The notes: generated by a model not told the origin, from the letters alone. Numbered from the stretch's first letter, positions 1-12,653 are shown. The stretch: DNA of 64,000 nucleotides from Octopus bimaculoides (GCF_001194135.2 NC_068981.1:173228277-173292276); one strand, 5' to 3'. Translations and numbers: made by a program.

Positions 1-369
1 TTTATGCTATGACATCATTAAGTCTTACTTATGAATAATTAAGAAAGTATTTTAGGTACACTTTTGGTCTTTTATACCTATTTAGAATATTAAAATTATT
101 GATAAAACAAGCATTTTAGTTAGCAAAAATATGTTCATGAAACTGAAATACTGGTCTTAAATCCTATCTAAATAATAATTCTAATTATTGTTGCTTTAGT
201 GAGAATAAAACTCATGTAATGTTCCTAGTCGCTTCAATATGGCTGTCCGTTTGAATGGACTTTACTGCAATTTTTTAACCCCAAGAGGACTAGCTGGTTA
301 ATGATACACAGCTGTGTCCAATATATTGCGAGCAGGGAAGTGAACCCCTACCATCCTCTAGCAGCGGGA

Positions 370-419
370 CCAGCAGGCCAGCCTGGTTTCAGGCTATTTC
401 TGCCTCTCTTCAGTACTGG
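370..419 (-). ncRNA. Type I hammerhead ribozyme motif, probably inactivated (GUC to GCC)
   Basis: Reverse complement reads CCAGTA-CTGAAGA-G-AGGC agaaata GCCT-GAAAC-caggctg-GCC-TGCTGG. Stem I is 6 bp (one GU) and stem II is 4 bp. Confidence 0.65.
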
Positions 420-937
420 ACACCTCATCTACTAGAGATGGCAATAGCTTGCTTCTGCTTGCAATATATATAAATTCAAGCAACAAACAGTTGCTGATTT
501 TTGCAACCAGCAAAAATGTTAATTCTAAAATCTCTGTAAGAGATCATCGCAGTAGTTGTACTAACAAGTTATGTTTGCAGCCACTTCAACATGGCTGTCT
601 GTTCGAATGGAGGCAGAAATAGCCCGAAACCAGGCTGGTCTGCTGGTCCTATCATTAGAAGGTAGTAGGGGTTCACTCCCCTGCTCACAAAATATTGAAA
701 GCAGCTGTGCCTCGTTAACCAACTAGAGATGTCCTCTTGAGGTTAAAGAATTCACAGTAAAGTCTGTTCAAATGGACAGCCTTGTTGATGTGGCTATGAA
801 CATTACTTGTTAGTACAACTACTGTGTTGATCTCTTAGATTTTAGAAATAGCAATTTTGCTTGTCACAAAATCAGTGACTGTGTTGCTTAAATTTATATA
901 TACAGCGAGCTACTGCCATCTCTAGCAGATGAGGTGT

Positions 938-987
938 CCAGTTCTGAAGAGGAGCAGAAATAGCTTGAAACCAGGCAGGTCTGCTGG
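938..987 (+). ncRNA. Type I hammerhead ribozyme motif (all core nucleotides present, one stem I mismatch)
   Basis: CCAGTT-CTGAAGA-G-GAGC agaaata GCTT-GAAAC-caggcag-GTC-TGCTGG. Stem I CCAGT/GCTGG, stem III ACC/GGT, GUC cleavage triplet. Confidence 0.7.
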
Positions 988-2559
988 TCACATTGCTAGA
1001 AGGTAGTAGGGCTTCGCTTCCTTCGCAATATATCGGATGCATCGTTAACCAGCTAGAGGAGATGTCCTCTAGAGGTTAAAGTCTGTTCGAATGGACAGCC
1101 ATGTTGAAGTGGCTACAAACATTACTTGCTAATACAACTACTGCATTGATCTCTTAGAAAGATTTTAGAGCTAGCATTTTTGCTTGTTGCAAAACTCATG
1201 TACTTTACAACTTAACTTAACTTATAAGATTTATTGCCCTTAATTTAGGCTCAAATTACATGTTTTTGAAAATGTCAAAGATTCTGTAAGATATAGCTAG
1301 ATGAAGGATATTGTATGAATTGTAGAAAGGGAATTGCGAGAGAGCTGTGTGTGTTTTAAACTTTTTTTTTATAAATCTGATAAATTAAGAAAAATAGTTT
1401 AAAAATCTTATTTAGTTTCTTAATAGAGCATGTTTTTATTGTATTTTGTAAAAGTTACTTTACTTTAAACAGTACAGCCACCACCATCATTGTTTATTTT
1501 ACATTACTATAAGATGTAAATATTGTGTTTTGATTATATAAGGGAAGCTTGTTTGTAAGGTGTGCTATACTCAAATTTTCGGGGGGGTTTTTTGGGTTCT
1601 TTTGCATTAAATTGTGTTAAACTCGTTTATCCAAGTTGTTACATTCTTAATTTTCTTGCCGTATCTCTGCTTCAATTATTATCTAGCCATTTGTCTGTGT
1701 TATCTCCCTCTGTTTATTTCTTCTGTAACTATTATATAATCAACATTTATTTTATGTTTGACAATTTTATATTCATTTTGCACAAGTGTATTGTAAAATT
1801 TATTATTCATATTTTGCATCTAGTCATTAACAATTTATGCTACTAAATGTCTGATTTACTTTACAATGAGTACATAATATATATAGCACTCTACACTTTA
1901 TAAGGTGATTAGCCGATTAACATAGACAACTATAAGGAGGATTCTTTAGTCTTGCTGTTGACATGGCAACTCCTATTGTACTGGTGTTATAAGAAATTGC
2001 AGCCAGAGGATTACGTAAAGTGATTGACCAATAAGAATGGCATCCAATTTTGGAAAACATGTTAAAAATGGAATATAAGAAGTGAGATGTCCCAAAAAGT
2101 TTAAGTTTAAAATGAAAAAGGTTGAACATCAAAAGCAGCATAAATCACTTTTAAAATAAATAAATTCAATTTGATTCTTAACTCTTCTTTATTGAAATTA
2201 AAGCATTGTTTGAAAATAAAATTTTAGTGAATGCACCATGAAAGATTAAAATGAAATAAATTATATTCAAGAATATTGGAAAGTTTATCTCTACAAAATT
2301 TATTACAGAAACATTGTATCTTTTGAATGGTGGTTAAATTAAAAATCCAGATAAAAAATTTACTAACATTTTGTTCTTAGATAGATTTGTTTCTACTAGA
2401 TCCTTCTTCACAGAAGCCATTGGTTATCTTCAAATTAGAATCTGTGAAATTGAAAATTTTAATGTATTGTATTATTATATTTAGTAGGAGTCAATTCATT
2501 TTCACTGACTCCAACTCCACATCTGTGATGATGACAATAAAAGTTCTGTCAGTGTAACC

Positions 2560-2985
2560 TGAATAAGGTTAGAGTGGGAAAAGCTTGTGGAGCTATTAGT
2601 TGTGCTGGCAACATAGGGAAGTGTTGATACTGCAAAGCTTGGAGAGAAATGAAGCAAGCATGCTGTATTGGAATGTTAGTATGCATGAAAGATGTGGTAG
2701 AGATAAATTGGGTATAAGAGGAATCAAATGTAATGTGCAAGAATGAAGATTGTATTTGTATAGGCATGTGTGCTTATGGAGGAAAACATAGAGACAAAAA
2801 ATTACCAGGAGATTCAAGTGGAAGAAAATTTGGAAGAGGAAGACATTAGTGGAATTGGTAAAAACTGATGTTAGGATGCTGAACCTCACAAAGATGATTA
2901 AGGTGCACAATAGTGGTGAGATACTGTGTTGACAAGGATCCATCTAACCCATGTGAACATAGGAAAATAGACAAGACAATGACTG
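2560..2985 (+). mobile_element. Decayed RTE-clade LINE ORF2 3' fragment
   Basis: Degenerate similarity to the better-preserved copy at 8007-8357 (SML..NVS.H....KLGIRGIKCNVQE..L). Confidence 0.55.
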
Positions 2986-3959
2986 GTGGTGGTGGTGGTG
3001 GTGGTGGTGGCAGTGACGATTCTGCTATTGCTGTTGCTCAATTTATTTTGGTTGCATTCTTGCTTTCAATTAATGAAATGTGACTATAAGTTTTAGTTTT
3101 CTATGTCATCCCCCCCCCCTCCTATAATGTAAATAGATGGTTAGCTCATTTTCAATTACATGCAAAGCAAGATGAATATCAAACAGTTTAAATACATATA
3201 TTATTCCTAAGAATATATATATTTTTCTGGTCATTTATTTGCTGAAAAAGTAAAAAATTGTTATTCAAGTTTAATATATGGGAAGTATCAAATCTTAGTA
3301 TTTCTATTAATATGCCTACTAACAGAATAATTAAAATTGACCTTGTTACTAACCAATTACAAATACCAAATTAAAGAAGAAGAATTAACATCCATTTTAC
3401 CATGCCAGAATGGATTGGACAGAAAGTTATTGCCTGCACTAACACATGCACATGTGCACCAAACATATGTGTATACATGTGTATTTAGAAGGTGAAAATT
3501 TCAAGTTTGAATGGATTCTCAAGTTATACCAAATTATGTATCTTGAAGAATTGGAGATAATTTCTGTTCATGTGAGGGCATGGAAAGATTAATACTGAAT
3601 CATCATAATTGCTTTTGTCTTCGTTTCCCATGATGTTATGAGTTGGATACAATTCCTGTTATTTGTTAGGGTTAAAGTTATACACTAAATAACCAATATA
3701 TACAAAACCACTGTCATTGCCAACATACTATTTTCAAGATAGCATGTTAGCACTAGTATTTAATGTATGCATATGTGTATATACCCCCCCCCCTCACACA
3801 CACACACACACACAGAGGCATACATTGATTTGGAGATTGTTTTTGACAAGGTCCCTTTTACTGCTATGTACAAAGGAGCAGTCAGCAAGGTGAGATCTAT
3901 TAATGAGTTTAGTTTGTAGGTGTGGGTATACCAGAGCTCATTTCTCAACCCATTCCTAT

Positions 3960-4860
3960 TTATTATAGCACTCCATGCCAGAACAGGGAATTTTAGAAGA
4001 GCTACTTTTGGGAACTTACAGCTGATGACTTGGCATTTATTGCAGAATCAGAACTGAAGCTGAAGTTCCAGACACAGAAGCAAAATCTGAAAATGAAAAA
4101 TGTTAAAGTTCACTTAGGGAAAACGAAAGTTTTAGTTAATATTAAGGATGGTAGAACCCTTATAGAATCAGGGATAAGTTTGTGCTCTTCCAACAGAAAA
4201 ACAGTTGGTAAAAATTCCGAAAGATATGCCCAGTGTAATGGAAGCATGAAGGGTGTAGTGTAATCAAAAATGGCCTAACAGTAAAGGTAAATTTCATATG
4301 GTGCAGTGATCAATAAGAGAACCCAGGAAATAGATTCTCTTAAATACCTAGATGGCTCCCTAAAAGTAGCTGATAGCTTTCACTACCTAGTGATCAAATT
4401 AGTGAGAGTGGATATTCTGAAAGTGTGGTAGTCAGAATAAGAACATATTGGGGAATATTAGAAGAGCTATTAATTCTGCTGGCATTATCCCTCAAGATGA
4501 AGGGCAGATTGTATGATGTTTGTGTGCTAAATGTACTGCTATGTAGCCTTGAGTGAGGAAGGAATGCAAAAGTTTGGAAGAAAGGAGATAAACATGGTTT
4601 GCTGAATGTACCATGTTAATGTGCATAAACAACAAAGTGTAAATGAACTGAGGGACAAACTTGGTCTAAGAGGAATCAGATGTGTGCAAGAGAGGAAACT
4701 AGACATGTAATAAGAATGGAAGAGATTACAGCTGCATGAGCAAGTACTGAAAGGTACCTGTGGAGGAGAGAGATTGCAGAAGATTTGGTATGAGATGGTG
4801 AAAAATGATCTGAAGATGTTACATCTGATGAAGATGAGAGAAGATTGTCATCTACCAATT
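3960..4860 (+). mobile_element. Decayed RTE-clade LINE ORF2 (post-YADD and thumb region)
   Basis: ORF 4030-4263 MAFIAESELKLKFQ...KVHLGKTKVLV parallels LALIAESLSELEEKFQ...VNLAKTKILI in the 17309 ORF. Downstream stops and frameshifts. Confidence 0.65.
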
Positions 4861-5023
4861 AGTAGTGCTACAGAAGACTCAGTCTCATGTGCAAATTTAG
4901 TGCACATATCCCTCTGCACATTTTCTTCTTTCATTCATTCTATACCCTCATGGTGGAACACTAAGGTATAGAACGGATGAAATATAATACAAAAAAAAAA
5001 AAAACCTAATACAGATAATACAA

Positions 5024-5232
5024 AAAAAAACCTAATGTGTATATCTGAAAGTCAACTCATTGTATCCATTTGCACATCACGAAATAATACTTAAAAGACA
5101 TAACCATTATATCAGCAGGGTATATACTATACTTCTTTAATTATCTCCTACTTTAGTTAACACTAAATTAATTAAATATGAAGGAACTACACGTGTTTCA
5201 GTATTGGAAGATTATAATATATGTACATACAC
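5024..5232. repeat. Copy 1 of a ~210-bp repeat (copy 2 at 6992-7204)
   Basis: High visual identity, e.g. GTATATCTGAAAG...TAAATATGAAGGA.CTACACGTGTTTCAGTATTGGAAGATTATAATAT. Confidence 0.85.
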
Positions 5233-6256
5233 ACATCTATTCCTCCTAACTGGTTTGCCTATTCTGTACACTCTCATCTGCCAATCGTTTCTTTTATTCA
5301 TCATGATATGCTTCCCATAACTGAGAGTAGGAGCAGGAGGTACTTGATTTGTGTATATTGAATATCTCCTTTCCCCATACCACTGCCACCTATATCCTTG
5401 TGTTACTCTTTCCTCCAGAATCATGATGCTTGTGTGAGGAAGGATTGCATTCTGACTGCCTTTATCCAGCCTTCCTGATTCTCTTGGATGCACCATTCTA
5501 TCCATCCATATATAATGTGGAGCAAAATTCCACCTCCTCCAACACAGCACCATTCCTCCTTCCCACTCTGACTCCCTCTTACAAACCCATCACTACTTTT
5601 ACCTTTCCCTCCTGTTACTGCCTTCTCACATTTTATCCTAACTGAATGATATGGAGGAGTAACACTGCATCTCCTACTCAACTCTCTCTGCCATCCTATC
5701 ACTCTGTTATTAACCCTAGCAAATGGCCCAATGTGTGTTGTCATGGCAGACAGATTGACCTACTTCATCACTCTTGTTCACCTATTCAACCCACCTTATT
5801 TCTACTTTGTCCTTTTCCTCTTCTTAATACTGATTCCTGTCATCCTCCCCCTGTTTCAATTATTCCCACCACAATATTGTTCTCTCTACTATTCTCTCCA
5901 CTACCATCCTTGGAAACTGTCTCACTTTGTAAGCTGCTTGGCAATCCCTTGGAAAGCATCAAGTACACTTTGTTAGTGATTAGTAATCAAGTTGAGCAAC
6001 AACAAAGCAGGACTTGAAAGGGCTCTTTCATCTTGATGATGACATGGTAACCTCTGTAGTATCATGAAGAAATGCACCCAGTAAAGTGGTTGGTATTAGG
6101 AATGGCATCCAGTCATAAGAAACCATGCCAAAAAATGAAACATTGGACCAAGATGTAATCTTCTGACCCATTGAATCCTGTCAAATCTTTCTACCCATGC
6201 TAACATGGGAAATAGATGTATATATATATATATATATATATATACATACATATAGG

Positions 6257-6392
6257 CACAGGAGCTGTGTGGTAAGTAGCTTGCTTATCAACCACATGGT
6301 CCTGGGTTCAGTCCCACTGTGTCTTCTATAGCCTCGAGCTGACCAAAGCCTTGTGAGTGGATTTGGTAGACAGAAACTGAAAGAAGCCCATC

Positions 6393-6393
<1 letters not shown>
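6257..6393 (+). mobile_element. tRNA-derived SINE (family A), internally deleted
   Basis: GCTGTGTGGTAAGTAGCTTGCT...GGGTTCAGTCCCACTG head (A/B boxes) and GGAAACTGAAAGAAGCCC tail, repeated many times in the window. Confidence 0.8.
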
Positions 6394-6426
<33 letters not shown>

Positions 6427-6753
6427 NNNNNNNNNNNNNNNNNNNNNNNNNNNNNNNNNNNNNNNNNNNNNNNNNNNNNNNNNNNNNNNNNNNNNNNNNN
6501 NNNNNNNNNNNNNNNNNNNNNNNNNNNNNNNNNNNNNNNNNNNNNNNNNNNNNNNNNNNNNNNNNNNNNNNNNNNNNNNNNNNNNNNNNNNNNNNNNNNN
6601 NNNNNNNNNNNNNNNNNNNNNNNNNNNNNNNNNNNNNNNNNNNNNNNNNNNNNNNNNNNNNNNNNNNNNNNNNNNNNNNNNNNNNNNNNNNNNNNNNNNN
6701 NNNNNNNNNNNNNNNNNNNNNNNNNNNNNNNNNNNNNNNNNNNNNNNNNNNNN

Positions 6754-6792
<39 letters not shown>

Positions 6793-6991
6793 GAATAATT
6801 TGGGAAAACGAATTTCCAAATCAATCAGGTACAACCCTTCAGCATTACATGCATCTGCATATCGTACCTTGGGGTCTTATTTATCATATATTTATATATT
6901 TATCTATAAATATACAAAGTATCTAATGAAAGTTAATAATAATTCAAGTTTTAGGATTAATAGATATGCGGGTATTCTATTTCAGATAATA

Positions 6992-7204
6992 CAAAAAAAT
7001 AACCTGGGTATATCTGAAAGTAAACTCATGGTATCCATTTGCACATCGCAAAATAATACTTAAAGGACATAACTATTATACCAGCAGGGTATATACTATA
7101 CTTCCTTAATTATCTCCTATTTTAGTTAACACTAAATTAATTAAATATGAAGGACCTACACGTGTTTCAGTATTGGAAGATTATAATATATATACATACA
7201 CACA
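6992..7204. repeat. Copy 2 of the ~210-bp repeat, part of a ~400-bp element lying between (TA)n tracts
   Basis: Direct match to 5024-5232. The element is bounded by TA-rich microsatellite at 6754-6787 and ~7185. Confidence 0.85.
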
Positions 7205-7999
7205 ATTGTATACATATATAAACACATATGCAATCATCAGATTTACAATTATTCCAATACATCTTCCAGTTCTCTTTCAAAATATTATAAATCTAATTTT
7301 ACATGCCTTTAAAAAATAAGCAATAAAATTAAGCATTAAAGATGAAAAATTAAATAAAAAAATTATACTTTGTAATATTAAGAATTAAAATTTATAAATT
7401 ATACATTAAAAATATGAATTAATATATATATCAAACTTGTAAAATCAAGTATATAATGTCAGATACAAATTATAAGATATAAAATTATACTTCAGAATAA
7501 AAATGTCTCTGTTTAAATGTGAAATGTAACAAGAAAAATTCAAATACATATCTTCCTTTTTTGCTAGCACCAGGATTAGTTTTCAAAATGGCAATTAGAG
7601 GAAGATAGCATTGAACTATGGGAACTTATAGGTGATTAGTACCAAGTGGGGTAAATACACTATGCATAGTTTAAATTTAAACTATCCTCTATTACTATCT
7701 TCAATTTACCTATGTTGGGAGAAATATATAATTTGTTATTATATAATTTTAGTAATATTTAATTCATTTATTTAAATTATTTATTTATTTATATAGTCTA
7801 TTTAAGTGCTGTAGAAATAAAATTGTGTGGATATTTGATTCAAGGGTGGGGGTTCAGTATTTCATTTTATTGAAGGTAAAATTACTTCGGTGTCTACATT
7901 TACATCCACATTCATCATATGTGTTTAATAATTCATCTCTAGACTGTAGTAGTTTCGTAAATTCTGGTATGCATAATAAACACATTTTATTCCCAATAT

Positions 8000-8930
8000 T
8001 ATAGGAGTGGGCTCTACCATTATACTCCAATTAAGGGTGTACTCTCTTTTTCTAGATTTTAATTCCCATATGACTGCTGAGGACATGCGTAAGCTTGCAA
8101 GAAATGAAGCTAGTATGCTCCGCTGGATGTGTAATGTCAGTGTGCATACACAACAGACTGTGAGCATCCTGAGAGAAAAGTTGGACATAAGAAGCATCAG
8201 ATGTGGTGTGCAAGAGAGACTGCGCTGGTATGATAATGTGTTGCGTATGGATGAGGACAGCTGTGTGGAAAAGTGTTACAGCCTAACAGTGGGGGGAACC
8301 TGTGGAAAAGGTAGAGCCAAGAAGACCTGGGATGAGGTGGTGAAGCATGACCTTTGAACGTTTGGCCTCACTGAGGCAATGACAAGCGACCAAGACCTTT
8401 GGAGATATGCTGTGCTTGAGAAGACCTGGCAAGCCAAGTGAGACCATAACCGGCCCATTTAAGAGTACCCTTCAATCATTGGACAATAAACTATGCTTGA
8501 GAAGACCTGTTGAATCAAGTGAAATCATTGTCGTGGCCGATACCAGTCCCATTGGACTGGCTCACGTGCCAGTGACATGTAAAATGCACCAGTGCCGCTT
8601 GGCTGGTCCTGTTCCAGTAGCACGTAAAAAGCACCATTTGAGCGTGGCTGTTGCCAGTGTCGCCTGACTGGCTCCCCTGCTAGTGGCATGTAAAAAGCAC
8701 CATTTAAGCGTGGTTGATGCTAGTATTGCCTGACTGGCCCTCGTGCTGGTGACATGTAAAAAGCACCCACTACACTCATGGAGTGGTTGGCGTTAGGAGG
8801 GACATCCAGTTGTAGAAACCTTGTCAGATCAGATTGGAGCTTGGTGTAGTCTTTTGGCTTGCCAGTCCTCAGTCAAGCTATTCAACCCATGCCAGCATGG
8901 AAGGCAGATGTTAAATGATGACGATGATGC
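8000..8930 (+). mobile_element. RTE-clade LINE 3' end (ORF2 C-terminus, 3'UTR, (GAT)n tail)
   Basis: ORF 8007-8357 NEASMLRWMCNVSVH...VQERLRWY...GRAKKTWDEVVKHDL. The 3'UTR ends in AACCCATGCCAGCATGGAA...GTTAAATGATGACGATGATG. Confidence 0.85.
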
Positions 8931-8934
8931 TTTG

Positions 8935-9452
8935 AGTATTGTTGAGGAAGGGTCTTATTTTGAATAAGGGATCATGATTTTCATAATTTTCTTCCCTGCA
9001 TACTGGTGTACTGTTGTGTTTCTTATGTACAAGGATTGACATAAGTTCAAAAACCTTGTTTGTAGTCATGGTTAGCTTCTTAATGTCCATTATAATGTTT
9101 AAAATGCCCCAATTTCCTCCAGGCATGTGAGAAACTGCAAACTTCCCCTACCCCTCTTTGTTTTATAATTCTGTGTTACAGTTTGTTTCTGCAGTTACTG
9201 TTGGGAATTATTGAAGAGTAAAAAAATAATATAAAGAAATAGCCAATTGCTTTCAACTATTGGAAACACTGTGATTGGGTCCTATCTCTTTTGAAAAACT
9301 TAAAGGTACTTTCTAAGTACTTCATACTGTTTCTTGTAGACACTCCTCACTTTCATTATCATTATCAGAGCTATTATTGGAGTTACTGCTTTTGCAATTA
9401 GAAATTGAAATATCTGATTCTCCATTATGCACATTGTTATACTTGTTGCATG
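8935..9452 (-). mobile_element. piggyBac transposase remnant (PGBD-like N-terminal part)
   Basis: Minus-strand translation GILNIIMDIKKL...MTTNKVFELMSILV...DPLFKIRPFLN resembles the conserved piggyBac D.LyKIRP.l motif. An acidic Ser-rich N-terminus is cut by the gap. Confidence 0.6.
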
Positions 9453-11269
9453 NNNNNNNNNNNNNNNNNNNNNNNNNNNNNNNNNNNNNNNNNNNNNNNN
9501 NNNNNNNNNNNNNNNNNNNNNNNNNNNNNNNNNNNNNNNNNNNNNNNNNNNNNNNNNNNNNNNNNNNNNNNNNNNNNNNNNNNNNNNNNNNNNNNNNNNN
9601 NNNNNNNNNNNNNNNNNNNNNNNNNNNNNNNNNNNNNNNNNNNNNNNNNNNNNNNNNNNNNNNNNNNNNNNNNNNNNNNNNNNNCATGCTAGCATGGAAA
9701 GTGGACGTTAAACGATGATGATGGTGATGATATATATATATATTGAAAATCCTTCACTTCAAATTCTGAATCACTACTGGTGAATGTGAAACTGGTTTCC
9801 ATTTTTTCAGTTATAAAAGACAGAAAACACTTTGGGTGGTTTCAGGTGGGTTGATAATGAATATTTTCTGTCAGCTTTTTTCTCTTCAGCTTAGCTTTTT
9901 GAATTCAAGACTAGGCAGAGACTCTTTTTTTATTGCAAAAAAAAAAAAAAGAGACCCATCACAAAAATTTAAAACAAGTAATTTAGATTTTAAAATTAAA
10001 GCCAAAAGAATATTTCTGAAATTTAAAGGTTATTTAGTATTTGATGCTTTATCTTTTAATAATCACTGGTGGTTTAATGTAAACTGTCATATTGAACTTA
10101 TAAAATAGGAAGGAATTATCTCATTCAGTATCTTCAACAACTACCACCAATACTGCTAATTTCTCAGAATTTGCAAATTGGGCTGGTGGGGGGAAATAAT
10201 TCTAAGTTAGCCTTCCCTACATAGAATATCACAACATTACATCTAGAATTGTAAATGAAGTAATGCAAATATGTATCCTCTCATCCACTATTTTGTACCT
10301 AACACTTACTTGATCTTTTTACAAATCCTTACATTAGCACTGCCTCATATTACAACTGACATCACAGTTACCCTACCTTTTCTAGTCATTACTACATAAT
10401 GACTTCAACACAGCATCAACCATGTTCAAAGAGACTAGTAGCCTGTACAAAATCCACCTCCCCCAACCCTTGAGGTCAGCTTTCCCTCTTGGTCTTCTTC
10501 TTTTGCATGATCTTTCCACTTTACTTGCATGGAATTTGTTATAAGTATCAAATGTTAAAACCAATGTAGCATGCTACATGTGATACACTTTATACCTAAT
10601 TTTTTTCTTCGGCTCAGTTGTAATCTGCTGTTCAAGCATGCTAATGTTATATAGCCAGCAATGAATGCTTGCTTTTTTTTTTCAGCCTTCACAATACCTC
10701 AACATGAAATGCCCATGTTTTGCTCTCACACAAAATCAAACATCATACATAAGCATCATCCATGCAATCTACCCCTCAGAGAGTGAGTCCTAAGTCCTGG
10801 GGTCAATTTGTTCAACTAAAAGCATTCAAGGCAGTGCTCCAGCATGGCCGCAGTAAAAGAATGAAAGGATAGATATCAAACATTCAAACGTAACCACTTC
10901 TTAGATATTATTGTCTTCTTTACTGCTAACTAAAATTTTGTCTTTACTTCGGGGCCTTCAATTTTAGGATTTGCTTCCACATTTGGAATTTCTTTTGTAA
11001 TTCCTTGACAAAGAGCTGCCAGAATTAAGGTCATTGGTATGCAGAAGTTGCTATGGACAGCTGTCTTAACATAAGGACTGGAAATCTATAATAAACAGGA
11101 GGAAATTGAGAACAGCCCTGATGGACACCTTGCATGTTAAATGCCTTGCTAAACTCATTATTAACTCTCACCTTGCTGACAGTATTTTTATACATGGCTT
11201 GAATAGCTTTTATACACTATTCATCTACATCGTATTCTGTAGTTGTATCACTGGGAAGAAGTCATTGAT

Positions 11270-12250
11270 GAGACTCACATTCAGACATTAACCCAAACTG
11301 CATCTCATCTAAACTAATTCACTTTGTAGACATACTTGAATACTTTGTTTCTTTGTCCATCAATTAAAAATGTTTATAGTTACTCCTTTCTAGAGCATTT
11401 CTTTTGCTTTTGTAGCAGTTGATGGTGATACTACTATGGCTCCCCTTAACAGCAAAATTCCTTCAGATGACATACTTACTGCCCTGCACTTAGGAAAAAC
11501 ATTGAATATTCAAGGCTTTGATCATAGACCTAATCAACTGGAGTAGACCTGGAACAAATCGACAATAAACCTGATTGACTATGCAAGTGACAACTGCATG
11601 TCCTACTTTGCCAGACCTTTTCAGCACTTTAGTAACTACTTGTGATGGTCTAATCCTTAATAGTGCTTTCAACTATATAACTGTCAACTTCAATTGCTAG
11701 TTCTTCTATTGAGTCTAGCTGGAACCATGCTCCATCCTCACAAATCTTGTCTATGGCTCATAGCAAATTGTCTTATAGACATCCCAGTTATTCTTTATGC
11801 TGACGTTATCATCATATGCAGGTACATCTTCTTAACACCAGCTAGTATTTCTATGAGCCTATGTTTGGCTGGAGGGTCATTCAGCTTCCAAACTGTCCTT
11901 CCTTCTCCAGTGTCTCAGAATATGGCTAGCTCTTACCATGAGGTTATTGATCACTAGTCTAGGTTAAATTGTCCCTCCTTCACTTAGGAAGGACTCACAA
12001 CTGGTTACGGTCTTGTTTCTTGAGTGTGAAATCTATTTGGTATACATGTTCATCTGATTAGTAGATTTATACAGTGGCTGGTTGTTTGCCTGAAGTTATT
12101 GCTGTAATGGGTTAATTCATTTGTGTCACTGAGCTGCAGAAGCCTTGATTCCTCCTCATTCTTCATTCTTCATACCATAGAGTCTCATATTTACCAGAAA
12201 CAATCATCATGGTGTCGCTTAAGGAGTCCGTTTGTTACCTTGATAGTCAA
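11270..12250 (-). mobile_element. Decayed RTE-clade LINE ORF2 fragment
   Basis: RPSQVVTKVLKRSGKVGHAVVTCIVNQVY resembles the RTE pre-RT GPS.v.aemLK.sG.vG...vt.ivNqv segment. Confidence 0.5.
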
Positions 12251-12274
12251 AAGAGTTGTTTCACGCAAATAGCA

Positions 12275-12460
12275 CCCATGCTGGTGGCACATAAAAGCAT
12301 CCATTACACTCTCAAAGTGGTTGGCATTAAGAAGGGCATCCAGTTGTAGAAAACCATGCCAAATCAGATGAGTCTGGTGCAGCCTTCTAGCTTACCAGCC
12401 CTGGTCAAACTGTCCAACCCATACCAGCATGGACAACGGACATTAAATGATGATGATGAT
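12275..12460 (+). mobile_element. RTE LINE 3'UTR/tail fragment
   Basis: GAAGGGCATCCAG.TGTAGAAA...CCAACCCAT.CCAGCATGGA...TTAAATGATGATGAT, the same tail as at 8770-8930. Confidence 0.75.
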
Positions 12461-12653
12461 AACTTCACAGAAACAGTCCTTTTGCTCATTTACCAGTCCA
12501 GGTTATAGTGCACATATAGCGATAACTGTTACTGTTAAGTAACTCCTGATTAGTCTTTGCAAAGAGAGAACTCAATTATACCTCTCATCTCTGAACTCTG
12601 CAAAGTGTTTAGTAAAAAACATTTTATATTTAATTACAAACCAGATAGGGATT

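Larger units (their letters stand above)
216..1190. mobile_element. Retrozyme-like tandem repeat (~341-bp unit; ~1.15 units on -, ~1.7 units on +) with an internal inversion at ~610, flanked by direct repeat AAAACTCAT(GTA)
   Basis: GAAAC motifs at 626 and 967 give a 341-bp period. 216-610 is the reverse complement of the same unit. AAAACTCATGTA occurs at 207-218 and 1191-1202. Each unit contains a hammerhead-like core. Confidence 0.75.

Noticed and set aside
1917-2141. Minus-strand ORF containing NPPY (amino-methyltransferase motif IV)
   Set aside because: It is a short isolated ORF with no SAM-binding motif or splice support. A chance 4-mer.
6181-7063. Long ORFs in the track spanning N runs (also at 9300, 15872, 43761, 45707, 56037)
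   Set aside because: These are artefacts of assembly gaps. Only the RT portion at 16982-17309 is real coding-derived sequence.
8540-8770. Regularly spaced GTAAAAAGCACC-type repeats (also at 60150-60310), superficially CRISPR-like
   Set aside because: The repeats are degenerate, the spacers are mutually similar, and the array sits in a LINE 3'UTR in a eukaryotic genome with no cas genes.
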